Source: Candidatus Omnitrophota bacterium
GTDB lineage: Bacteria; Omnitrophota; Gorgyraeia; Gygaellales; Profunditerraquicolaceae
Assembly: GCA_041309005.1 (NCBI GenBank)
Contig: JBFZAN010000031.1
Span: forward strand, 1 to 63,663
DNA: 63,663 nt
Direction: 5' to 3'
The translations under genes were made by a program, and so were the position numbers. Under the pieces are notes generated by a model that was not told the DNA's origin, ran no database searches, and was given only the letters and a program-made list of their open reading frames with translations. Shown piece after piece: positions 1-8,713 of this stretch (position 1 is the first letter of the stretch; each line of letters begins with the position of its first letter).

Positions 1-141
1 CTCGATGCTCAAGCTCCATTGCCTAAAACTTCCATTCGCTCGCAAACCGGACAGATTCATTTATCAAAAGGCGGTTCTATTTTTAATCTTACGGATGGCT
101 TGGTTTGATTTTGAGCAGGGCGTCCATAGAACGATAACAGT

Positions 142-357
142 ATGCAAGAATTAGGAAAGACATTGGTCATATTCGGGATTATCCTGGTAGGGGTGGGATT
201 GCTGTTGACCTTTTTCAATAAGATCCCGCTTTTGGGGAAATTACCCGGAGATATATACGTCCAGAAGAAGAATTTCACGTTTTATTTTCCTCTGGCAACG
301 TCGGTAGTAGTGAGCGTTATTTTTTCGCTTGTGTTCTGGTTGTTTTCCCGCCGTTAA
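142..357 (+). CDS. DUF2905-family small membrane protein
   Basis: 71 aa with two hydrophobic segments flanking the GKLPGDI..KKNFTFYFPLATS motif typical of DUF2905. Sits in its usual position upstream of spoIID-queA. Confidence 0.85.
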   Translation: MQELGKTLVIFGIILVGVGLLLTFFNKIPLLGKLPGDIYVQKKNFTFYFPLATSVVVSVIFSLVFWLFSRR

Positions 358-368
358 TTCTGTATAAT
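340..368 (+). promoter_or_regulatory. Putative sigma70 promoter for the SpoIID gene
   Basis: TTGTTT (340-345), 17-nt spacer, TATAAT (363-368). ATG at 377 is 8 nt further on, with no Shine-Dalgarno. Confidence 0.5.
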
Positions 369-376
369 ATGTGATT

Positions 377-1519
377 ATGAAAAATAAGATTATCAGGATA
401 GTCGTGGTGGCGTGGTGTTTTGTCGGCGTTGCGTGTTTTTCCGGCGCCGAATTGCCCAAATATATCCGGGTCAGCGTGCTGAATAACGCTTCTTCGCTTG
501 TGCTCAGGATAAGCGGCAATTTCGAGATAAAGGACGGCCTGCATCACCAGGTGTTATACCAGGGCAAGGGCCTTGCCACTACGGTCACCGTGTATAAGGG
601 CGGCATCTCTATCGGCCCGGTCAACTGCCTTACCCAGAGGATCTTTGTGAAGACCTGGGGGCCTGATGAGATCATACTCAACGGCCGCGTGTTCAAAGGG
701 GACATGCTGCTGATCAGGGACTCAAACCGGCTCTCGGCAGTAAATTACGTGGAGCTCGAAGATTATATCAAGGGCGTGCTATATCATGAAGTATCGCACT
801 ACTGGCCGGAAGAAGCGCTGCGGGCCCAGGCAGTGGTAAGCAGGACGTTCGTCCTGTACCAGGCGCAGGCAAACACCAAAAACGATTTTGACGTTACCAA
901 TGACACCTATTCCCAGCTCTACGGAGGGCTGACCTCCGAGCGCTTCCGCACGAACAGGGCCGTGGATGAAACCAGGCGCCAGGTGCTTACCTACAAAAAA
1001 AAGCTCTTCCCAACGTATTTCTCCGCTACCTGCGGAGGCCACACCGAAGATTCATCCGTGCTCTGGAATATTTCTTTGCCGCCTTTAAAAGGAGTGGTGT
1101 GCGAATTTTGCAAGGAATCTCCGCATTATAACTGGCACGTGGTATTATCGCAGGATGAAGTCAGGGACAAGTTGAAAGCCGCCGGTTACAAGGTAAAAAA
1201 AGTAAAAAGCATCGAGATACAAAGCAGGGACAGCTCCGGCCGCATTACCGGCCTGAAACTTATCGACGACGATAGAGAAACGAAGATCAAAGCAAAGGAT
1301 TTCCGCAGTATTATCGGCTCTACGGTCATACGGAGCACCAACTTCACGGTGTCCCCGGCAGGGGATGACCTGGTATTCGAAGGCTTCGGCTGGGGCCACG
1401 GCGTAGGCATGTGCCAGTGGGGAAGTTATTTTTTTGCGAAAGCCGGCCGCACGCATCAGGAAATCCTTAAATATTATTATCCCGGTTCCGCGCTGATAAG
1501 CCTGGATACGTTACGTTGA
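377..1519 (+). CDS. SpoIID/LytB-domain peptidoglycan lytic transglycosylase with N-terminal signal/anchor
   Basis: Motifs VNYVELEDYIKGVLYHEV (catalytic Glu), EALRAQAVVSRT, YFSATCGGHTE, GWGHGVGMCQWG, ILKYYYPG. Start is ATG 377 or GTG 371. Confidence 0.9.
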   Translation: MKNKIIRIVVVAWCFVGVACFSGAELPKYIRVSVLNNASSLVLRISGNFEIKDGLHHQVLYQGKGLATTVTVYKGGISIGPVNCLTQRIFVKTWGPDEIILNGRVFKGDMLLIRDSNRLSAVNYVELEDYIKGVLYHEVSHYWPEEALRAQAVVSRTFVLYQAQANTKNDFDVTNDTYSQLYGGLTSERFRTNRAVDETRRQVLTYKKKLFPTYFSATCGGHTEDSSVLWNISLPPLKGVVCEFCKESPHYNWHVVLSQDEVRDKLKAAGYKVKKVKSIEIQSRDSSGRITGLKLIDDDRETKIKAKDFRSIIGSTVIRSTNFTVSPAGDDLVFEGFGWGHGVGMCQWGSYFFAKAGRTHQEILKYYYPGSALISLDTLR

Positions 1520-1524
1520 CCCTC

Positions 1525-2514
1525 ATGAAACTTTCCGATTTCGATTACAGCCTTCCCAAGGAGCTCATCGCGCAATACCCCCTGAAAGACCGTGACCAGG
1601 CAAGGCTTATGGTCGTGCACCGCGATGCCTCGTTGATAGAGCACCGCGTTTTCAAGGATATCTCGGAGTATTTTTCCAAAAACGACCTTCTTGTGTTAAA
1701 CAATACAAAAGTGGACAACTGCAGGCTCATAGGGAGGCGTTCAACAGGCGGCAAGGTAGAGCTATTGCTTCTTAACCTTAAGCAGGGCTTAACCTTTCAT
1801 TCCTTGCTTAAACCGGCGCGCCTGAAACTCAATGAAATAATACGCTTTGACCATGACGGGATCTATTGCGAGATAACCGGAAGAAATGAGGTGACTTTCC
1901 ATGCCCCTGATGTGGATGCCGTCTACGTCCTGGGCAAGACGCCGCTGCCTCCGTACATAAAGAGAGAGCCGGAGGATCTGGACCGCGAGTATTACCAGAC
2001 GGTGTACGCAAAACACCCGGGCTCGGTTGCTTCCCCTACTGCGGGGCTGCATTTTACGCACGGTTTGCTCGATACGCTTTTCGCTTCAGGCGTCGCTATC
2101 GCGCAGGTGACCCTTCATGTCGGGTATGCCACCTTTAAGCCCGTTAAAGCGGAAGATGTCATAAGCCATCCCATGGATAAGGAGTATTTCCTGATCCCTG
2201 ACGATACGATAAAGGCGCTGGATGAGGCTAAATCAGCCGGCGGCCGCGTATGCGCGGCAGGCACTACCAGCTGTCGCGTCCTGGAAACGTACGCCCGCGG
2301 CGCAACACAGGGCTATACCGATCTATTCATATACCCGGGATACGAGTTCAAGACGGTGGGCCGCCTGCTTACTAATTTTCATCTTCCCCGCACGACTTTG
2401 TTTATGCTGGTATGCGCTTTCGCAGGAGAGGGGCTTGCCAAAGAAGCCTACCGCAAGGCAATCGATGAAAAATACAGATTTTACAGCTATGGCGATGCCA
2501 TGCTTATCGTGTAG
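1525..2514 (+). CDS. queA: S-adenosylmethionine:tRNA ribosyltransferase-isomerase
   Basis: MKLSDFDYSLPKELIAQYP start, PLPPYIKR, YQTVYA, GSVASPTAGLHF, TNFHLPRTTL, YRFYSYGDAMLI. ATG 1525 preferred over TTG 1516. Confidence 0.97.
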   Translation: MKLSDFDYSLPKELIAQYPLKDRDQARLMVVHRDASLIEHRVFKDISEYFSKNDLLVLNNTKVDNCRLIGRRSTGGKVELLLLNLKQGLTFHSLLKPARLKLNEIIRFDHDGIYCEITGRNEVTFHAPDVDAVYVLGKTPLPPYIKREPEDLDREYYQTVYAKHPGSVASPTAGLHFTHGLLDTLFASGVAIAQVTLHVGYATFKPVKAEDVISHPMDKEYFLIPDDTIKALDEAKSAGGRVCAAGTTSCRVLETYARGATQGYTDLFIYPGYEFKTVGRLLTNFHLPRTTLFMLVCAFAGEGLAKEAYRKAIDEKYRFYSYGDAMLIV

Positions 2515-2524
2515 GGAAAATCTG

Positions 2525-2553
2525 TTGCTCCTTACTGTCAACTATAATATAAT
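2525..2553 (+). promoter_or_regulatory. Putative sigma70 promoter of the signalling island
   Basis: TTGCTC (2525-2530), 17-nt spacer, TATAAT (2548-2553); a second overlapping TATAAT at 2543-2548. ATG at 2563 has no SD. Confidence 0.55.
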
Positions 2554-2562
2554 TACTGTATC

Positions 2563-5500
2563 ATGGTGAATCTGCTCAGAGGGCAGTTGGACTACATTTT
2601 TTTCTTCTACGGCCTGGCATTTCTGGTCCTGGCAACCGTTTGTTTCTCCCTGGACAGGACGAAAATGCACAGGATACCCTGGTTGTGGTTGGGGATGTTC
2701 GGCCTCGTGCATGGCCTGCAGGAATGGCTTGACCTCGCCTGTTTTGTGTGGGCATCGAATAAAGTTATCCCGGTCATCCGCGCGGTCGCCCTGGTGATAT
2801 CTTACCTGTTTCTTTTTGAATTCGCCAGGAGAGGCTTCAAGCTTATATATAACCGCAGGCCCGGAGTCTGGATTTACATACCGTTCTTGTTGCTGATCGC
2901 CTTTTTTAACGGCCACAGCCTCGAAAGCCTCAATGTGGTCACTCGCTATGCGCTCGCGCTCCCTTCCGGCGTCAGCGCCTTCTGGATAATCTATAAGTTT
3001 TTCAAGGCCGAAACCCATCCCCGTCTGCGCCGGTTGCTTTTGGTCTTAAGCCTTTCACTGGGGTTGTACTCCGTATTAGCCGGCTTGATCGTCCCCGAGG
3101 CAGCATTTCCTCCCGCATGCTGGATCAATTATAATTCTTTCCTGAAGATATTCGGGTTCCCCGTACAGTTTTTAAGGGGAATCTCGGCGATAGTATGCGC
3201 GATGGCTATCTGGGCTTATTCGGAAGAGTACCGGCTGTTTATTTCCAAAGAGCAGCGGTATCCTGCGCGTTTACAGTTATCCACCTGGCTAATGTTCATA
3301 CTCATCGCGTTGATCGGATGCGGCTGGGTGCTGGTGAATTATTTAGGCGCGCAGTCTAAAGACCGGCTTATTACCGATACCAGGATAGACGTCTCTGATC
3401 TTTCTCATACTTTGCTTGCCGAGCTGACCAAGATCGAACAGGCGGCGATGACCATAAGCGGCTCTCCCTGGATAGCGCCGGCTTTGGTTACCGCAGACCT
3501 TCAGAACATAAGAAACGCCAATGCCGTGCTCACGCGGTACAGGCGTTCTCTGGGCATGTCGGAATGTTTCCTGCTTGATCTTAAAGGTACCGCGATAGCG
3601 TCTTCCAACTGGAATACCCCGGATTCATTCATAGGGGCTTCATTCGGCAGATTGGCATATTTTAAGCAATCGCTTAAAGGGGAATTGGGGAGTTATTTCG
3701 GCTTTGATCCTGTTTCCCGGGAACGCTGCTATTACTCCAGCTTCCCCGTGCGCAATGAAGAAGATATGATCATCGGCGTGGTGGCCATGAAAAGAAGCAT
3801 AGAGATACTTGAAGAAGAGTTCAGGTCGCAGTCGCGTTGTTTCCTGGCCGATCCTTTCGGCATCATATTTTTATCCAGCGACAGGGAATACATTTTCCAC
3901 AGTATCTGGCCGGTGAATAAGGCGTTAGAGCGGCGAATCGTGGATTCCGGCCAGTTCGGCGGGACGCCGTTCGCGGCGCTTTTATCCCGGGAAGTTCTCG
4001 ACGGCGACCGCATCGCTTTTCAGAAAAGCGATTTTTTCGTAATACGCGCGCCCATCGGCCGGGAAGGCTGGTCTATGGTGCGTTTTGTCTCGACAGGGCC
4101 GATCCTCCAGTACCGTTTATACGGCATTTCCCTCATTTTATTCCTTTCCATCATGGTGATGGTTCTGTTCGTCGCCGTCAAGCAGAGGGAGAACCTGCTG
4201 GCGCTTATTTCCACGGTCAATACGCAGTTAAAGACCGTGCTGGATGCGGCGACTCATGTCTCCATCATCGCCACCGAACTCCACGGTCTGATCTCGGTAT
4301 TCAATACGGGCGCCGAAAGGATGCTGGGGTATCCCGCAGAGGAGATGGTCGAGATGCATACCCCCGAGATCCTGCATCTTGAGTCCGAGCTCATCGCCTA
4401 CGGCAAGCGCTTAAGCGAGGAGCTTCATCATCCCGTTGCGGGGTTTGACGTGCTGGTCGCGCATGCCAGAGAAGGCCGCTATGACGAAAAAGAATGGACC
4501 TATGTGCGCAGGGACGGCCGTAAGATCACCGTAAGCCTCTCCGTCACTGCGCAGCGCGATGCCAAAGGCGAACTTATCGGGTTCCTGTTTATCGCCACGG
4601 ACATCACCGAGCGCAAGAAAATAGAAGAGGCGCTGCGTTACAGCGACGAGAGGTTCAAGCAGGTGGCGGAGAGCGCGGGCGAATGGATTTGGGAAGTCGA
4701 CAGGTTCGGGCTGTACACCTATTCAAGCCCCGTGATAAAAAACATCCTTGGTTTCGAGGCGCAAGAGATCGTCGGCAAGAAATATTTTTATGACTTTGTC
4801 CCCCTGGATGAAAAAGAAGCGTTACGCAAAGAAATGCGCGATATCTTCTCGAAAAGGGAGCCCTTTACAAAGCTGGCTCACCCGCATCTGCACAGAAATG
4901 GGGACCAGGTGATCATGGAGTCTACCGGCATACCGTTGCTGGATGAAGAAGGGATCCTCCTGGGATACAGGGGCGTTGATACCGATATCACCGAGCGTAA
5001 GCGCGCGGAAGAAGCGCTGGCGCGCCAGGCGCAGGAGCTGGCGCGTTCCAATACCGAATTGGAGCGTTTTGCCTATGTAGCCTCCCACGACCTGCAGGAG
5101 CCGCTGCGCATGGTGTCCAGTTATGTGCAGCTTTTGGAAAAGCGTTACAAAGGAAAGCTGGATGCCGACGCCGATGATTTTATCGCCTACGCGGTAGACG
5201 GTGTAAACTGGATGCAGACGCTTATCAACGGCCTCCTCGCCTATTCGCGCGTGGGTACTCAGGGCAAGAAATTTGAGGCTACGGACTTAAACAGCGTCAT
5301 TATCAGGGTCCTTATGAATCTCAGGATCGCCATAGAAGAGACGGGCGCGGTAGTGACGCGCGATCCCCTGCCCACCCTTGCGGCCGACGGCTCACAGCTG
5401 GAACGCTTGTTCCAGAACCTTATCGGCAATGCCATAAAGTTCCATGGCGACAGTCCGCCTGAAGTCCATGTTTCGGCGGAGCAGAAGGCCGATGAGTGGC

Positions 5501-5727
5501 TTTTTTCAGTGCAGGACAACGGTATCGGCATAGACGAACAGTATATCGGCAAAGTGTTCGATATTTTCCAGCGCCTGCATTCCAGGAAGGATTACCCGGG
5601 CACCGGCATCGGCCTTGCGGTGTGTAAAAAGATCGTTGAACGCCACGGGGGGCGCATCTGGGTCAAATCACAGCCCGGCAAGGGCTCTATATTTTATTTT
5701 ACTATCCCCTTATCGGATATTAAGTAA
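2563..5727 (+). CDS. Multi-sensor histidine kinase: polytopic membrane domain + dCache-like domain + 2 PAS + HisKA + HATPase
   Basis: About 9 hydrophobic segments; DctB-like GTAIASSNW..SFIG...YF; two PAS/PAC repeats ending DITERK; H-box ASHDLQEPLR; N-box NLIGNAIKF; DNGIGI; GTGIGLAVCKKIVERHGG. Confidence 0.93.
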   Translation: MVNLLRGQLDYIFFFYGLAFLVLATVCFSLDRTKMHRIPWLWLGMFGLVHGLQEWLDLACFVWASNKVIPVIRAVALVISYLFLFEFARRGFKLIYNRRPGVWIYIPFLLLIAFFNGHSLESLNVVTRYALALPSGVSAFWIIYKFFKAETHPRLRRLLLVLSLSLGLYSVLAGLIVPEAAFPPACWINYNSFLKIFGFPVQFLRGISAIVCAMAIWAYSEEYRLFISKEQRYPARLQLSTWLMFILIALIGCGWVLVNYLGAQSKDRLITDTRIDVSDLSHTLLAELTKIEQAAMTISGSPWIAPALVTADLQNIRNANAVLTRYRRSLGMSECFLLDLKGTAIASSNWNTPDSFIGASFGRLAYFKQSLKGELGSYFGFDPVSRERCYYSSFPVRNEEDMIIGVVAMKRSIEILEEEFRSQSRCFLADPFGIIFLSSDREYIFHSIWPVNKALERRIVDSGQFGGTPFAALLSREVLDGDRIAFQKSDFFVIRAPIGREGWSMVRFVSTGPILQYRLYGISLILFLSIMVMVLFVAVKQRENLLALISTVNTQLKTVLDAATHVSIIATELHGLISVFNTGAERMLGYPAEEMVEMHTPEILHLESELIAYGKRLSEELHHPVAGFDVLVAHAREGRYDEKEWTYVRRDGRKITVSLSVTAQRDAKGELIGFLFIATDITERKKIEEALRYSDERFKQVAESAGEWIWEVDRFGLYTYSSPVIKNILGFEAQEIVGKKYFYDFVPLDEKEALRKEMRDIFSKREPFTKLAHPHLHRNGDQVIMESTGIPLLDEEGILLGYRGVDTDITERKRAEEALARQAQELARSNTELERFAYVASHDLQEPLRMVSSYVQLLEKRYKGKLDADADDFIAYAVDGVNWMQTLINGLLAYSRVGTQGKKFEATDLNSVIIRVLMNLRIAIEETGAVVTRDPLPTLAADGSQLERLFQNLIGNAIKFHGDSPPEVHVSAEQKADEWLFSVQDNGIGIDEQYIGKVFDIFQRLHSRKDYPGTGIGLAVCKKIVERHGGRIWVKSQPGKGSIFYFTIPLSDIK

Positions 5728-5751
5728 TGTGAGCGCACAAAAGAGCATGCT

Positions 5752-6639
5752 ATGACGAATAAGCTCATGAAGATCCTCCTGGTCGAGGATAACGTCGGCG
5801 ACGCGCGTCTTTTAAAAGAACATCTGACGGAATCAAGCGAGCTCCAGTTTGAATTGGCCCACGCCGAACGCCTCGGTTCGGCGCTGCAGCGGTTAAGCAA
5901 GGACCATTTCGACCTTATCCTGCTTGACCTTATGTTGCCCGACAGCCAGGGTTTTGATACGTTCATCAAAGTCCACGAGCACGCGCAGGATACCCCTATC
6001 GTGGTGCTTTCAGGCCTTTACTACGATGCGATCGCCTTAAAGGCGGTCAGCGAGGGCGCGCAGGATTATCTTGTGAAAGGCCAGGTCGACAGCGCTATGC
6101 TGGTGCGCTCTCTAAGGTATGCGATCGAGCGTAACCGCATGCAGATGGCGCTGCGCAGCCAGTCGCTTATCGATGACCTTACCGGCCTCTATAACCGAAG
6201 GGGTTTTATAACCCTGGCCGAACAGCAGCTCAAGCTTTCGCGAAGGAGCAAAAGAGGGTTTTTCCTTGTCTTTGTCGACCTCGACGGTTTAAAACAGATC
6301 AACGATTCGTTCGGCCACCTTCAAGGTGACGAGGCGCTGACCAGGACGGCTTTGATACTTAAGAAGACGTTCAGGGAGACGGATATCGCAGCGCGCATCG
6401 GCGGGGATGAGTTTATGGTCCTGGCGATCGACGCCGCCGGAGATAGCGCCGACATTATCACCCGGCGCCTTGAGGATTGCAAGAGTGAATTCAACAGGCA
6501 GCAAGACCGCCTCTATCGCCTCTCGCTGAGTTTTGGCATCGTGTATGTTGCTCCCGGGGACGCTTCTTCGCTGGAGCAGCTTATGGAAAAGTCCGATGAG
6601 GAATTGTATAAACATAAACGCAGTAAAAAGGAGATCTAA
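5752..6639 (+). CDS. Response regulator diguanylate cyclase (REC-GGDEF)
   Basis: REC with EDN...LLDLMLPD...K; DDLTGLYNRRGF, DLDGLKQINDSFGHLQGD, intact RIGGDEF with an RETD inhibitory site 5 residues upstream. Confidence 0.95.
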   Translation: MTNKLMKILLVEDNVGDARLLKEHLTESSELQFELAHAERLGSALQRLSKDHFDLILLDLMLPDSQGFDTFIKVHEHAQDTPIVVLSGLYYDAIALKAVSEGAQDYLVKGQVDSAMLVRSLRYAIERNRMQMALRSQSLIDDLTGLYNRRGFITLAEQQLKLSRRSKRGFFLVFVDLDGLKQINDSFGHLQGDEALTRTALILKKTFRETDIAARIGGDEFMVLAIDAAGDSADIITRRLEDCKSEFNRQQDRLYRLSLSFGIVYVAPGDASSLEQLMEKSDEELYKHKRSKKEI

Positions 6640-6648
6640 CCTAAAGAG

Positions 6649-8079
6649 ATGACTCAGAAAAGAAAGAAAGTGCTGATGATCGAGGATAATCCCGGAGACG
6701 CCCGCCTGATGCAGGAGGCGTTGTCCGAGGCTAAAGACCTGTTATTCGACCTGGAATGGGCGGAGGATCTTGCGAAAGGCCTCCAGCGGGTCAGTGAAGG
6801 GAACTTGGACCTGATCCTTCTGGACTTATCCCTGCCGGATTCGCACGGCCTCGATACGTTCACCCGGGTCCAGTCTAAGGCGCAAGGTATTCCGGTAGTC
6901 GTGCTGACGGGCCTTTATGACGAGGCGGTTGCCATAAAAGCTGTCCACGAAGGCGCGCAGGACTATCTGGTGAAAGGCCAGGGCGGGACCGACCTGTTCC
7001 TGCGTTCCATGCGTTACGCCATAGAGCGCCAGAGGATAGAGGAAGAGCTCAGGAGAAGCAACGACCTTAACCAGTCTATCCTGAAGGCGCTGCCGTTCGG
7101 TATGGAGATCGTTGATGAAAAGGGCAATATCCTGTATTTGAGCGAAAGGTTCGAATCCATTTTCGGCAAGGAAGCGATAGGAAAGAAATGCTGGCTGGTG
7201 TACAGGGATGATAAAATGCAGTGTTATGACTGCGCGCTTAAGTCCGAGATCAGGATCGGCGAGGTAAAAAGTATCGAGTCAGAAGGTATTATCGGAGGCA
7301 AGATCTTTCAGATCATGCACATCGGGATCATGTATCAGGGCAAGAAAGCGGTACTGGAGATCTTTAACGACATCACCGAGCGCAGGCGCATCGAGCAGAT
7401 GAAAAGCGATTTCGTGGCCCTGGTGTCGCACCAGCTTAAGACCCCCGTGGGAGAAATAACCGGATATCTCGATAACATGCTCAGCGGCCTTACGGGAGAA
7501 TTGACGTCAAAACAGAAGCAGTATCTGCGCGAGATGAAAGAGATAAACTCCAGGGCCTACCGCCTGATCTCCGACCTGCTCAATGTCTCCAGGATCGAGC
7601 GCGGCATAATCTCGGTCAATATGCAGCCGGTCAAACTTGCTGAAATAGCGCAGCTATCGGTAAAAGATTATATGCAGGATATAAACAGGAGAGGGCTTTT
7701 GTTCAATGTCAAAAACGACGACGGCGATGTGCTGGTCATGGCGGATAAGGACAAGATGGTTGAGGCGGTGAGTAATGTCGTCAATAACGCCGTCAGGTTC
7801 ACCGAAGAAGGCTCCATCGGGGTCACCCTGACGCATGATGAAGCCTTCGGCTATATCGAGGTCATGGATACCGGAAAAGGAATACTGCCGGAGCTTCTGG
7901 ATAAATTGTTCACCAGGGATCAGACGTTGAGCGGTTGTCCCCGGGCCGATGGCGGGGCGGGGCTTGGCCTTTATATCGCCAAAAGCTTCATGCAGTTGCA
8001 GAACGGCGATGTGTGGGTTGAATCAGGCGCTGATAAGGGGAGCAAATTTACTTTTAAAATTCCTTTAGTTGTGGTATAA
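6649..8079 (+). CDS. Hybrid REC-PAS-histidine kinase
   Basis: N-terminal REC paralogous to the previous gene; PAS ending DITERR; H-box SHQLKTP; NVVNNAVRFT; DTGKGI; GGAGLGLYIAK. Confidence 0.92.
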   Translation: MTQKRKKVLMIEDNPGDARLMQEALSEAKDLLFDLEWAEDLAKGLQRVSEGNLDLILLDLSLPDSHGLDTFTRVQSKAQGIPVVVLTGLYDEAVAIKAVHEGAQDYLVKGQGGTDLFLRSMRYAIERQRIEEELRRSNDLNQSILKALPFGMEIVDEKGNILYLSERFESIFGKEAIGKKCWLVYRDDKMQCYDCALKSEIRIGEVKSIESEGIIGGKIFQIMHIGIMYQGKKAVLEIFNDITERRRIEQMKSDFVALVSHQLKTPVGEITGYLDNMLSGLTGELTSKQKQYLREMKEINSRAYRLISDLLNVSRIERGIISVNMQPVKLAEIAQLSVKDYMQDINRRGLLFNVKNDDGDVLVMADKDKMVEAVSNVVNNAVRFTEEGSIGVTLTHDEAFGYIEVMDTGKGILPELLDKLFTRDQTLSGCPRADGGAGLGLYIAKSFMQLQNGDVWVESGADKGSKFTFKIPLVVV

Positions 8080-8095
8080 TCAGGACAAAAGGAGG
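8072..8095 (+). promoter_or_regulatory. Extended -10 internal promoter and strong RBS
   Basis: TGGTATAAT at 8072-8080 and AGGAGG at 8090-8095 before ATG 8101. Confidence 0.55.
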
Positions 8096-8100
8096 AACTC

Positions 8101-8697
8101 ATGGAAAAAAACAAAAATACTATTTTGATAGTTGATGATGAACCTGGTTTTCGCAGGATCTACCGGGATGTCCTTGAGAATGAGGGGTATGCGGTCCTGG
8201 AGGCCGATGACGGCGAAAAAGGGCTTACCGTAGCCAAGGCAGAAAAGCCGGCCCTTATACTCCTGGACATAGTCCTGCCGACGTTAAGCGGATTCGAGGT
8301 GTTAAAGAAGATCCGCGCAGAAGAGGCAATAAAATCCATGCCCGTCATTATCTTTTCGGTGCTGGGAGATAAAGAGACCATCAAAAAAGGGCTTGATCTG
8401 GGCGCGAACGACTATACGGTGAAAGGTTTTTACACCCCGAGGGAAATATTAAGCAAGATCCGCGACCTGCTGGTGAAATCATCCATCAAGAGCACACTCA
8501 ACACCTATACCGTTGTCATTCAGCCGACCAGGAGTGACGCGATGAAATTGCAGCAGGATATAGGGTTATCGAATGAGTTCGAGTGCACCCATTGTAAGAC
8601 CGCGATGGCGCTTGAACTTATACCGGATTATACGCGGGCGGACGGCCACTGGTTTGTTTCCCACTTTGTGTGTCCTGAGTGTAAACGGCCGTTTTAA
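8101..8697 (+). CDS. Response regulator with C-terminal four-Cys zinc-ribbon-like domain
   Basis: REC (ILIVDDE, LLDIVLP, DYTVK), then CTHC-x23-CPEC at the C-terminus; no HTH. Confidence 0.85.
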   Translation: MEKNKNTILIVDDEPGFRRIYRDVLENEGYAVLEADDGEKGLTVAKAEKPALILLDIVLPTLSGFEVLKKIRAEEAIKSMPVIIFSVLGDKETIKKGLDLGANDYTVKGFYTPREILSKIRDLLVKSSIKSTLNTYTVVIQPTRSDAMKLQQDIGLSNEFECTHCKTAMALELIPDYTRADGHWFVSHFVCPECKRPF

Positions 8698-8713
8698 GGG
8701 AGCGTCTAAGAAG

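Noticed and set aside
1-141. Possible 3' end of an upstream gene (ruvB or queH expected from synteny) or a structured leader
   Set aside because: None of the three + frames gives a recognisable C-terminus, and the inverted repeats are short and imperfect.
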